Below are positions 8,988-17,652 of a stretch of DNA of 32,000 bases, one piece after another (positions within the stretch are counted from its first letter, which is position 1; every line of letters starts with the position of its first letter). The DNA lies in NCBI GenBank assembly GCA_046497275.1, contig JAWOFX010000096.1, positions 23,202 to 55,201 on the forward strand. Reading direction: 5' to 3'. This DNA comes from Promethearchaeia archaeon. Lineage in GTDB: Archaea > Asgardarchaeota > Lokiarchaeia > Sigyniarchaeales > SOKP01. The notes under the pieces are model-generated. The model searched no databases and had not been told where the DNA came from. It worked only from the letters and a program-made list of their open reading frames with translations. A program made the position numbers and the translations under genes.

Positions 8988-10250
8988 TTATGAACAGCTG
9001 GATATTTCTAGTAATTGGCCAGAAATTGGACAAATATTTCTAGCGCCCCCTATAACTTCTTCAATCTTGCTGGTATCCATAAGCTCATCTATAGGTGTAT
9101 TGTCAGTGACTGAGACACCACCGGCATGTTGTTGAACTTCATAGCATATTTCATGAGTGAGTTTTGAAACATAATATTTCCCTTGAGAGGAAACGCTCGC
9201 AACCCATTTCTCTGCATCTTTATTTACTTCATCTGCAAATAACACTTTATCATCATAAATTGTAGCCGTTTGCAAAGCCAAGGATGTAGCAGCGGTACAT
9301 TTACTTAACAATTCAGCAAGACCAAAACCCACACCCTCAAATTTAATAACTTTCTGGCCAAATTGTTCTCTCAAATTAGTATATATTATTCCATAAATTA
9401 ATCCAGCCCAGCAAATTCCTATTCCAGATCCCATGATACCGAGTCGTTCGGGAACCAAGCCTTCAAACAAGCGTACATATCCACCACCATTATCTGCTAA
9501 AATGTATTCCTTAGGAACTTTTACATTATCCATAATAGTATGTGCAATATGAACACGTGGAACTGCGCTAATCCATAATCTATTTGTTTTAACACCCATT
9601 TCAGGAGTTAGAATAGATTGGACCATTGTTTTTCGAGGTTTTTCTGTATCATAAACGCCATAGACGCAAAAATAGTCAGCTTTTGGACCATTAGTTGTAA
9701 AAACTTTTTCTCCATTATATATAACATCTCCATCTTCTGTTTTTGTGCATTTTGTTTTCAAATTTACCGCATCTGAACCTTGGCTAGGTTCTGTTATCCC
9801 AATACAACCCACTTTTTCTCCAGACATCAATCCATCTTGAACTTTACGAATTTCTTCACTTTCACCACCATATTTAAAATAATGAAATGTGGGGTTTCCG
9901 CATAGAATACCACTAGCAAGACGTGCAAGTTCCAATTGAGAGTCTAACATAGAAATATGAGTTGCCAGAAGGATTTCCTTTTTCATTCCATATGGTTCAA
10001 AATCTTTCCATAGGTTTATTCTCTGCATATAACCGTGTTTACCTAATTCAGGAAACAGTTCATATACATCCTTAGATTTATCAATTTTAGGCTCTAGATT
10101 TATACAAAAATCCTGCAAATCTCTGCAATATTCCCTCTCTTCATCATTGAGCATCGGAAAAACATTGTCATTAAATATGTTAAATACATTTTCTAATGAC
10201 ATTTTTTCCAAAATGCTATCCTCGATGATTTTTTCTTGAATATTCTTCAT
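8988..10250 (-). CDS. Acyl-CoA dehydrogenase; C-terminus frameshifted by a 32-bp insertion (restored stop at 8950-8952)
   Basis: GCIGITEPSQGSDA, NGEKVFTTNG, LVPERLG (IVD/LCAD-type catalytic Glu), REQFGQKVIKF, QQHAGGV. Removing the insertion gives the family-like tail GGARNIQLFIIQNALRRYKSIL*. Confidence 0.93.
   Translation of the reverse strand: MKNIQEKIIEDSILEKMSLENVFNIFNDNVFPMLNDEEREYCRDLQDFCINLEPKIDKSKDVYELFPELGKHGYMQRINLWKDFEPYGMKKEILLATHISMLDSQLELARLASGILCGNPTFHYFKYGGESEEIRKVQDGLMSGEKVGCIGITEPSQGSDAVNLKTKCTKTEDGDVIYNGEKVFTTNGPKADYFCVYGVYDTEKPRKTMVQSILTPEMGVKTNRLWISAVPRVHIAHTIMDNVKVPKEYILADNGGGYVRLFEGLVPERLGIMGSGIGICWAGLIYGIIYTNLREQFGQKVIKFEGVGFGLAELLSKCTAATSLALQTATIYDDKVLFADEVNKDAEKWVASVSSQGKYYVSKLTHEICYEVQQHAGGVSVTDNTPIDELMDTSKIEEVIGGARNICPISGQLLEISSCS
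9002..9043. repeat. 10-bp direct repeat ATATTTCTAG (9002-9011 and 9034-9043) flanking a 22-bp insert
   Basis: Exact duplication; insert TAATTGGCCAG AAATTGGACAA consists of two imperfect 11-mers. Confidence 0.9.
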
Positions 10251-10408
10251 TTTAAGTCATCAAATCAAATATTTATTGTTAAAGTAATTTTTAATAATTA
10301 GTTAAAATTTTCATACCAATTAAATATTGAAATTTGAAAAAAACATCAATAGTAAAAGAATAAAAAAATTAATTTTATTATTTTATTAAAGAATTTTTCC
10401 GAATAAAT

Positions 10409-12130
10409 ATGAAAATTATATTAATCACGATTGGGAGTGTATTAGCACTTATTATCATTTTATTATTATTGAATAAATATTACGGAAATCGAGCTATTTA
10501 TAAAACTATTAAAAAATATTTTAAAAGCGAACAAGAAAAAGAAATAATGGTGAAATACAAGGAAATCAGTAAAATCGTTGAAGACACGGAAAAAGAGATG
10601 GAGAAATCCATTCAAAAAAAAGTAAAACTTGTTAAAAATCAATTTAAGAAGGCTGAAAGGAAATTAATTGAAAAAGGAACTATGCAATATTCAGTGTTTT
10701 CATCTAATTTAAGTTCTGCAATGCCCGAATCTGAACAAGAACTTAAACAAGATATGGATGATCTCAAAGGTGCAATTTCTCTTTTAGAATCTATGGATGA
10801 AGCTGCAATAAAAGAGTCGAAACAAGAAGTTGGAATAGGATTAGGAATGTTCTATGATAAAATGTCCACAAGGATTAAAAAAATTATTGAAGAAAAAACT
10901 CTGGACAAGTTTGATTTTATTCCTCTTCCAAGATTGAAATATCATGCATTTCAGGAAATAAAAAACATAAAAGATGAAGATTTTCTACCCATTATACAAG
11001 TTATGAGAGAAACTAATTTATTAGGTGATATTATCGAAATAAATCCTGCATTTCATATATTATTATTTAAGGATAAAAAGTTAGATTTGACTAAAACAGA
11101 AAAAGTTGTACTCACATTCGCTTATGAAGAAGATAATCTTACAAGGAAAAAATTATTAGAACTAACAGAATGGAACAGTGATTATGCAGAAAAAATACTT
11201 AATGGATTATCTGAAAAAGGAGTTCTAGATTTTAATGGCTCAATTATAATTAAAAGTTTTAATCCTCCGGAAGAACGAAAAAAATGGAAAGAACTTTTAA
11301 ACAATATAAAAAAAGAACAAAGGAAAAGAGAGGAAGAAAAATTTCAGAAAGCTTTAATTCGGCGAACTGAATTTAAAGATAAGTTAACGAAGACAGAACT
11401 AATAGCTAAAGCAGAAAAGAATAAAATAACTGGGAAAACAGAAAAAGAAAAAAATACAAAAAGTGAGAAAAAAATCAAATTTGGGAAAAAACCAACAACA
11501 AAAGCACTTCCTGAATTAAAATCTACAATACAGGAAGAAAAAATTAAGAAAATTCAAGATATTAAAGATAAAGATTCTCTGATTGGCGCAATGGAGGCAT
11601 TGGATGAAGAATTAAAAATATCCTCAAAAAAAAGATTGAAAACGGATTCAAGTGAGGATGATCTTAGTGATATCTCATTAGATATAGAAAATTTAAGAGA
11701 AGAAGCGCCAGGTGCAGAAGATATTATCTCAGGACAGATTTTAAATTATGATGAAAAATTTTCCATGATAAATGGTGGATTTGTGCAATATCAAAAGATT
11801 AAAGATTATATTCTTAAGAAAGATGAACGTTTTACTGAGGAAATGCTTAAAAAAATGCTAAATGATTTAGCCAATCTCAAAATGATAAATAAAATAATAA
11901 TCATAGGGGAAGACACATTTTATGCGTTCAATCAAATTGATTTAACTCAAAATCAAAAAGAATTTATTAGATTTTTGATAAATAGAAAACCGATGCAAAA
12001 AGAAAAAATAATTACTGGATTAAAATGGGATGAAGAAAAGGTGTTAAATGTTATGAAATCGCTCCAAAAGAAGAATATTCTCCGTTTTCAAGATGATAAA
12101 ATAATAATACCTGGAGCATTACAAAAATAA
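10409..12130 (+). CDS. Membrane-anchored protein with two tandem EAP30 (ESCRT-II Vps22/Vps36-like) double winged-helix modules
   Basis: N-terminal TM helix (res ~3-21), then coiled coil. Module 1 (res ~142-284): IGLGMFYDKMSTRI...LDLTKTEKVVLTFA...TEWNSDYAEKILNGLSEKGVL. Charged linker. Module 2 (res ~437-570): SGQILNY..INGGFV...IDLTQNQKEF...LKWDEEKVLNVMKSLQKKNIL. Both resemble SNF8/Vps22 as recalled (LGVGDFYYELGVQI..NGGLI..ELNMDHTVVL..LKWETERARQVLEHL). Confidence 0.68.
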   Translation: MKIILITIGSVLALIIILLLLNKYYGNRAIYKTIKKYFKSEQEKEIMVKYKEISKIVEDTEKEMEKSIQKKVKLVKNQFKKAERKLIEKGTMQYSVFSSNLSSAMPESEQELKQDMDDLKGAISLLESMDEAAIKESKQEVGIGLGMFYDKMSTRIKKIIEEKTLDKFDFIPLPRLKYHAFQEIKNIKDEDFLPIIQVMRETNLLGDIIEINPAFHILLFKDKKLDLTKTEKVVLTFAYEEDNLTRKKLLELTEWNSDYAEKILNGLSEKGVLDFNGSIIIKSFNPPEERKKWKELLNNIKKEQRKREEEKFQKALIRRTEFKDKLTKTELIAKAEKNKITGKTEKEKNTKSEKKIKFGKKPTTKALPELKSTIQEEKIKKIQDIKDKDSLIGAMEALDEELKISSKKRLKTDSSEDDLSDISLDIENLREEAPGAEDIISGQILNYDEKFSMINGGFVQYQKIKDYILKKDERFTEEMLKKMLNDLANLKMINKIIIIGEDTFYAFNQIDLTQNQKEFIRFLINRKPMQKEKIITGLKWDEEKVLNVMKSLQKKNILRFQDDKIIIPGALQK

Positions 12131-12161
12131 AAAAACAAATTTAATATTTCTTAAGAATTAA

Positions 12162-13919
12162 CTAAGAATAATTTTCCTTTACATACTCTTTTACTGTTCT
12201 TATTTCATTAAGATAAGTATTCCTATCCCCAAAAATATAAAACCTCACTTGGGGACCTGTTCCGGAAGGGCGAAAATAAAGAGTTGAATTGTTACTCTTC
12301 AATTTATAGATTTCTATATTACCTTCGTTATCATAAAGACCAGTAATTTTATAGTTTTTGCCGGCTATGGTTAATTCTTTACCATCTAATTTTTCAAAAT
12401 TTTCCATAATCTTTAATTTTTCCTCGTCCTCCGCATGAATAGTCTGATTTATCCCTTTAAGAGACCAATCAATAGCATCTTCAATAACATATCCTCTGCT
12501 AATTAGTTCAGTGATTAAGACTAAAGCTGGTACTATGTATTTATCTGCTATTAGGGGTAAATCTGTAGAAAATTCATATCCACCTTTAGTTCCGTTTTTT
12601 GAAGCATTTAAAATATTCAAAGTATGTCCTCCTGACTCTTCCCACATTACAACAATAAACTGAACATTTGTCAATCCATTCCTCTCCATTCTCCTAATTA
12701 TTTCATTTTTAAGAGGTTGAGCTTCTTGAATCTGAATTAATTCTTCATTTTCTCCCTCCATATATAAAATTGCTGAATCAATTTTTGACGGATCGACCTC
12801 AACATCAAATAGGAAATACAATATAATTCCAAGGTGTTTATACCCAACTCCTGTTAAAACATTTAGAAAGCTTGTATGATCTGCTCTTAAATCCGATGGG
12901 ATGGTTCTTATGTTAATAATTTCTTTTTCGAATTCTTTTGCTAAAATATTATGCATTGCTGAATATATTTCATTAGGGATATAGTATGAAAATTCTCCAT
13001 TTTTTTTCACATAAAGAGCAATTCTATCTCTGTCAGCATCAAGCAAAAGTGCTATTTTGGAATTTGAATCATTCATTACATCTTGTAGTTTCTCTTCTTT
13101 AACAATTTCTATAGGATTCGGAGGATTAATTGTTTCTTTTATTAAATGTACTTGAGCACCATAATCTTTAAACAATTTCACGATTCCTTCTGCTTTCCCT
13201 AAATATGGCCATATTACAAGATTTTCTCCATTGAGACTCTTAATATCTATAATTTTTGAAACTAAATCCCTTACATAATCATTATTTTTTTGAATTGCAT
13301 CAATTACTTGTGGTTTAAATTTTTTTTTTAATTTTATATTCTTTAAGTCAAGTGCAATATTTGAAACATCCTTAAAGAGATCTCCTGATATTGGAATCGG
13401 ATAATCGATGTAAAATTTAATTCCATTCCAAGATAAATCATTATGACTTGCAGTTAATACTATTATAAGATTAATATCATCATAGAGAGCAACAGACGCG
13501 GCTCCATAAGGAGATGAAGCTCTTGACCAATCCTTTTTATCTTTTTGATGATAAACTTGATATCCCTCATAAGCAAATATTTTTGAAGAGAAATTAAGAA
13601 GAATATGACTACTTGGACGATCATCTGTTACAATCAACACCTTTAGCTTAGACTCATCTTTCATTTGCTTAAACTTCAAGCTAATTGCTTTAAATACCCG
13701 CAGAAATAAAAATAATTTCCGATTAGTTAGGATGTATTTTGGAGGCTTGGTTGATTCATTAATATTATAGATCTGAATTCTTAACCCCGATGTGGGTGCT
13801 ATAACAGGATCAATTAGATTTTTTTCTTCATCTGTTAATTTAGGTAAATTTATGACTTCAAATTGTTTATTCCTCTGCTCATATTCAATATCTTCTATTT
13901 CAAAATCTATATCGATCAA
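12162..13919 (-). CDS. Alpha-D-phosphohexomutase family (PGM/PMM-like)
   Basis: TSGLR, phosphoserine loop TASHN, metal loop DADRDR, EESGG, phosphate-binding RPSGT; TTG start. Confidence 0.88.
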   Translation of the reverse strand: MIDIDFEIEDIEYEQRNKQFEVINLPKLTDEEKNLIDPVIAPTSGLRIQIYNINESTKPPKYILTNRKLFLFLRVFKAISLKFKQMKDESKLKVLIVTDDRPSSHILLNFSSKIFAYEGYQVYHQKDKKDWSRASSPYGAASVALYDDINLIIVLTASHNDLSWNGIKFYIDYPIPISGDLFKDVSNIALDLKNIKLKKKFKPQVIDAIQKNNDYVRDLVSKIIDIKSLNGENLVIWPYLGKAEGIVKLFKDYGAQVHLIKETINPPNPIEIVKEEKLQDVMNDSNSKIALLLDADRDRIALYVKKNGEFSYYIPNEIYSAMHNILAKEFEKEIINIRTIPSDLRADHTSFLNVLTGVGYKHLGIILYFLFDVEVDPSKIDSAILYMEGENEELIQIQEAQPLKNEIIRRMERNGLTNVQFIVVMWEESGGHTLNILNASKNGTKGGYEFSTDLPLIADKYIVPALVLITELISRGYVIEDAIDWSLKGINQTIHAEDEEKLKIMENFEKLDGKELTIAGKNYKITGLYDNEGNIEIYKLKSNNSTLYFRPSGTGPQVRFYIFGDRNTYLNEIRTVKEYVKENYS

Positions 13920-14019
13920 TTTTTTCCACCAATTATAATTCAGAGATATAAAAAATAGTTCAAAAAGAAATAAAATCTTTCTTGTTCAAGAATAATGATT
14001 TCGGAGATTAAATTTAACT

Positions 14020-14922
14020 TTAAGGGTTTTCGTTTTCAAACTTTTTTTTTTCAATTTTATCAATAGCATCATTTAATATCGCATGGATTTTTTCTCTATA
14101 ATTTTCATTTATCGCGATCATCCCATGAGTAATAATTTCTCTCCCACCTTCAGATAATATCTTTTCACAAAATTCTGGAGTTAGCCGATTTGATAAATCT
14201 TGTTTATTTGCTATCCCAATGACATGTATATCCTTAAAATATTTATCGAGAAGATCTTGGATTATGGTTTTAGTTGAATTTACATTTTCAAAAGTCGAAT
14301 TCGTAACTAACAGAGTAATATCAGTCCCTTCAAGAAGGTTTTTCCATAAACTTCGAAATTGAGATTGCCCGGCAAAATCCCAAAAAATTACGTTTCTATT
14401 TGTTTTAATACCTTCCCCATCATAGGAACTTATATCTGCATTGACTGTTGGGACATATTCAAGATCAATCTCTTTTCCACAAATAAGATGGAGTAGAGTA
14501 GTTTTTCCAACACCTCCAAATCCAATAATGCTTACCTTAATTGAGCCTAAAATAATATTATCTAACTCTTTTTCAAAATCTAAAAAAAGTGAACGGTTTC
14601 CTGCCCAACTCCCATCCTCAATTATGGAGCCGTACTTTTCCAAAAATTTAGCTCTAATAGTGCTTATTTTTGAATTTATAACAGCATCTTCTTCTTCAAG
14701 ATCGGTGCAAACTACAATAATAATGTTATTTATAATCGTATAGTAATATTTGAAATCCTCTGTGGCTGTACTTTTAATATCGGATTGACTAATTTCTTTT
14801 ATAAATCCAGAAAACGCACTTAAAAATCCTGCTAATAAGTCTCGATCGATCTCAGAATCACTATAATTTCTAAATACCAGAGATTTGCCGTCTTTACTGA
14901 GAACATTTACATAATTTATGAT
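14020..14922 (-). CDS. Longin-domain + Rab/Arf-like small GTPase fusion (Asgard type)
   Basis: The ORF track starts at TTG 14643, but the frame is open ~93 codons further upstream: (I)INYVNVLSKDGKSLVFRNY..DRDLLAGFLSAFSGFIKEI..FKYYYTIINNIIIVVCTD, a longin-like pattern. GTPase motifs GFGGVGKTT, YVPTV, WDFAGQ, NKQD. Start codon uncertain (ATC at 14922 or 14925, or ATA at 14919). Confidence 0.85.
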   Translation of the reverse strand: MINYVNVLSKDGKSLVFRNYSDSEIDRDLLAGFLSAFSGFIKEISQSDIKSTATEDFKYYYTIINNIIIVVCTDLEEEDAVINSKISTIRAKFLEKYGSIIEDGSWAGNRSLFLDFEKELDNIILGSIKVSIIGFGGVGKTTLLHLICGKEIDLEYVPTVNADISSYDGEGIKTNRNVIFWDFAGQSQFRSLWKNLLEGTDITLLVTNSTFENVNSTKTIIQDLLDKYFKDIHVIGIANKQDLSNRLTPEFCEKILSEGGREIITHGMIAINENYREKIHAILNDAIDKIEKKKFENENP

Positions 14923-15049
14923 GATATATCCCTTGCCGAATTTCTATTAACTTTATTTAAAATATTGAGATCTATTAAATCTAAAAAATTTTGACTTTAT
15001 ACTTGAATTTAAATTAAGTTTTTTAGATATATTATTTATATTTAATGCA

Positions 15050-15300
15050 TTTTTAAGAGTGCACGTTCTCTGTAACCGCAACACTTTCGTGAATTGGTAT
15101 TGGGTAAAACTACTAATAAACTTCACACATAGGCGGGTAGAGTCTTTTCCAAAAATTTGTCCGGACTCATTTGATACCTTTGTGGTCTAACCTTACTTTT
15201 ATTTAACCTTTCTTTCCTTTTTAATTCTTTTGTGGGGTGTCCGTTTGAGGGGGAAAATTTTATGGGCGGGGTTATGATAAATTTGGTAACCCTTTGCATT
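15050..15300 (-). ncRNA. Predicted omegaRNA/reRNA overlapping the tnpB 3' end
   Basis: TnpB guide RNAs are known to derive from the 3' end of the gene plus the right end. A GAAA-tetraloop hairpin ACCAATTCAC-GAAA-GTGTTGCGGT lies at 15075-15098 on the minus strand. Boundaries are guessed. Confidence 0.4.
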
Positions 15301-17650
15301 GTTTGATCGGTTAGGCGTCGGCGAGGATCGGAAATCAAACATAAGTTATAGGCGATCATTCGTTTGGAAAATAATTTTGGATGACCTTTCCTACCGATAT
15401 TAGCCGCACCGTTGATATCTCCGTGAATGATGTTTCTGTTCCTTGTTCTAAACAATCCATTATGTTTTACTCCATTTTGGGTAAACCTGCGTAATCCAGC
15501 ATATTCACCATTTGGTTTTTTCCCAATTGATTCATCGTCGATATATGAACATTTGCTAGTATACCATTCGGGCGTGTAATCCACTTTAATTCCAAAATAG
15601 ACCGCTTCTTGCTGAATTCTCTCAAACATTTGGTTAAACGGTAGTGAAACGAATAAAACTCTAATTAATTTATTTAATTTTATCTTTCTATTACGTTGAT
15701 TTTGCCAACCTTTATTATAGCCGATTGTAATCGTTCCTACTCCATAGTATAGGCAATAAAACATAAGTTTCTTGGCGATCTTGCTGATAGCGTCCCGCTT
15801 CACTCTGTTATATTTGTCCCATAACTCATCAGTCTTCAATTTGTATAATTCCAATTTGTTTTGCAATCTTCCTACCGAAAAATTGGATATCTGATTAAGG
15901 AATTTACTTTTATCACTATCCCGTGATTTAACATAATCTAAATATTCTATAAACATATCTCTCTTGTCTTGGGGAGTGGAATCCGTGAGAATAATTGTTT
16001 TGATGATGTTAAAAATGCCAGAATAGACCATTCTTCTTTCATTTTCGGCGAACTTCCTAAAATCATCCCAATTTGTGTTTTTCATTGTCCTAAAAAAACG
16101 ACGAGATTTCAAACATTTAATGATAATGTCCCTATTCCCTAAGCCACGTATATCCAATCTTGAAAGAGTAGAAATTTTCCTAAAAATGTAAAGAATCATC
16201 CTTCTCACTTTCTCAAATTCGTCGAGATAGGTGTGAATTCGAGAATTGATAATTGATTCTAATGAAAGTAACCTTCCCGCTTCTTTATTTTTTTCATATC
16301 GCTCTAAAACATCGTTAATTAGATCAATCCTACTTTGAAGTTTAGGAATTGTATGATTCACTCTAAAATTCCATCGCTTTAATGCTGATCCTTTAAATAT
16401 AGGGAATCTCATACCAAAATTATTGAATATAGTAAGGAAATTATTCACTCCGAAGTCTATAGAAATGGCTCTATTAGGGTTTTTCTCATACTTAAGACCA
16501 TATTCTCTGACTCGTTGAGGTTTTGATTTAATATAATGGATGTTAAATGAATAATTTCTCCCGCAAGGAATGATCTCCACAAACCCGCCGTTTTTAAAAA
16601 GCTGTCCCAAAACTTTTGTTCTGACTCGTATTCGGGGGATTAAATGATCGTGTGAGGGCGGCACATACATATAACACGTATATTTTTTATTATTAATGGC
16701 GTTTTTAAGGCTTTTTAGATTTTCTTTATGTTCAAGTTTCTGCTTTGTATAGATTAATTTCCATTTCCCTTGTCGCTCTCCCTTTATTTTTTTACCAATG
16801 TAGCGGGGTAGACCAGGTCGTGATGGTTTTTGTCCGCGTCGGTTTTCGGCAGTTTGCTTCCATTTCCTTAAGTCGTGATAATATTTCTTTATTAATCCTA
16901 AATGACTGATAAAGGTATTACACACGGCTAAAACGATCTGTTGAGCACAAGGAGAATATCCGATATCTTTGTAAGATTCCATAAATTTCATTATCGTTGG
17001 AACAACACTTCCCAAAGCCCTAAATCTGACAAATAATTCTTCTAAAATCTCTATCGCTCGCTCTTTTTTTTCATTAGGATATTTGGATCTTTTTATGGTT
17101 TTATAAAACCTATCATCTATATTTCTACGATAAAGTTCCATTTTCTCGGGATCGTTTGTATTTTGATAAAAATAACATTGCCGCAATAAATATAAAGTAT
17201 TATTCGCGAGTGCACGAGAGCGGTCAGCAAGGCGATCCAATTCATTTAAAGGAAATTTTGATCGAGACATTCGCACTGATTCGGCGGAATAACGCCCTTT
17301 TTCGTCAATCATTGATTCCATTTCTTCAATGCGTTCCCGTTTTATAATGAAAACACTATCATCTCTAAAAATATCTGAATGATTGTCATTATCAGAACAT
17401 CTCCTACGCCCCGAATCGCAAGAAAGTCTTAAATCCCTATTATCCATAGGCTACTAATATTTTTTTATTTTATATGTAGTTGAAAATTTATAATTAAAAA
17501 ATTCGATAAAATCGTCTAGACGCCGCAAAATTTCAAATTTTTTTTCATATTTGTTCTTATTGTAAAAAATAGCCAATTGCGAATGTGTCCCACCCTATCC
17601 AGAGTGTAAAAAATTTCAATTCAAAGATTGTATTCTAATTTGCAACGACG
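15060..17650 (-). mobile_element. Putative non-autonomous tnpB-only IS200/IS605-derived element (ends approximate)
   Basis: tnpB with no tnpA in the window. Visibly GC-richer short segments at ~15060-15120 and ~17510-17650 contrast with the AT-rich host intergenic DNA. Exact ends cannot be defined. Confidence 0.5.
15123..17447 (-). CDS. tnpB: Enlarged TnpB-family RNA-guided endonuclease (IS200/IS605, IS1341-like) with rearranged RuvC
   Basis: N-terminal LDRLADRSRALANNTLYLLRQCYF, AQQIV, RPGLPRY; RuvC-I SIDFGVNN (D331); TITIGYNKGWQ with Gly at the usual Glu position; PEWYTSKCS (E627); RuvC-III HGDINGAANI (D677). True start may be Met43 (ATG at 17321). Confidence 0.9.
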   Translation of the reverse strand: MDNRDLRLSCDSGRRRCSDNDNHSDIFRDDSVFIIKRERIEEMESMIDEKGRYSAESVRMSRSKFPLNELDRLADRSRALANNTLYLLRQCYFYQNTNDPEKMELYRRNIDDRFYKTIKRSKYPNEKKERAIEILEELFVRFRALGSVVPTIMKFMESYKDIGYSPCAQQIVLAVCNTFISHLGLIKKYYHDLRKWKQTAENRRGQKPSRPGLPRYIGKKIKGERQGKWKLIYTKQKLEHKENLKSLKNAINNKKYTCYMYVPPSHDHLIPRIRVRTKVLGQLFKNGGFVEIIPCGRNYSFNIHYIKSKPQRVREYGLKYEKNPNRAISIDFGVNNFLTIFNNFGMRFPIFKGSALKRWNFRVNHTIPKLQSRIDLINDVLERYEKNKEAGRLLSLESIINSRIHTYLDEFEKVRRMILYIFRKISTLSRLDIRGLGNRDIIIKCLKSRRFFRTMKNTNWDDFRKFAENERRMVYSGIFNIIKTIILTDSTPQDKRDMFIEYLDYVKSRDSDKSKFLNQISNFSVGRLQNKLELYKLKTDELWDKYNRVKRDAISKIAKKLMFYCLYYGVGTITIGYNKGWQNQRNRKIKLNKLIRVLFVSLPFNQMFERIQQEAVYFGIKVDYTPEWYTSKCSYIDDESIGKKPNGEYAGLRRFTQNGVKHNGLFRTRNRNIIHGDINGAANIGRKGHPKLFSKRMIAYNLCLISDPRRRLTDQTMQRVTKFIITPPIKFSPSNGHPTKELKRKERLNKSKVRPQRYQMSPDKFLEKTLPAYV

Positions 17651-17652
17651 AG

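Noticed and set aside
14441-14743. 100-aa plus-strand ORF
   Set aside because: Antisense to the longin-GTPase, whose frame extends through it.
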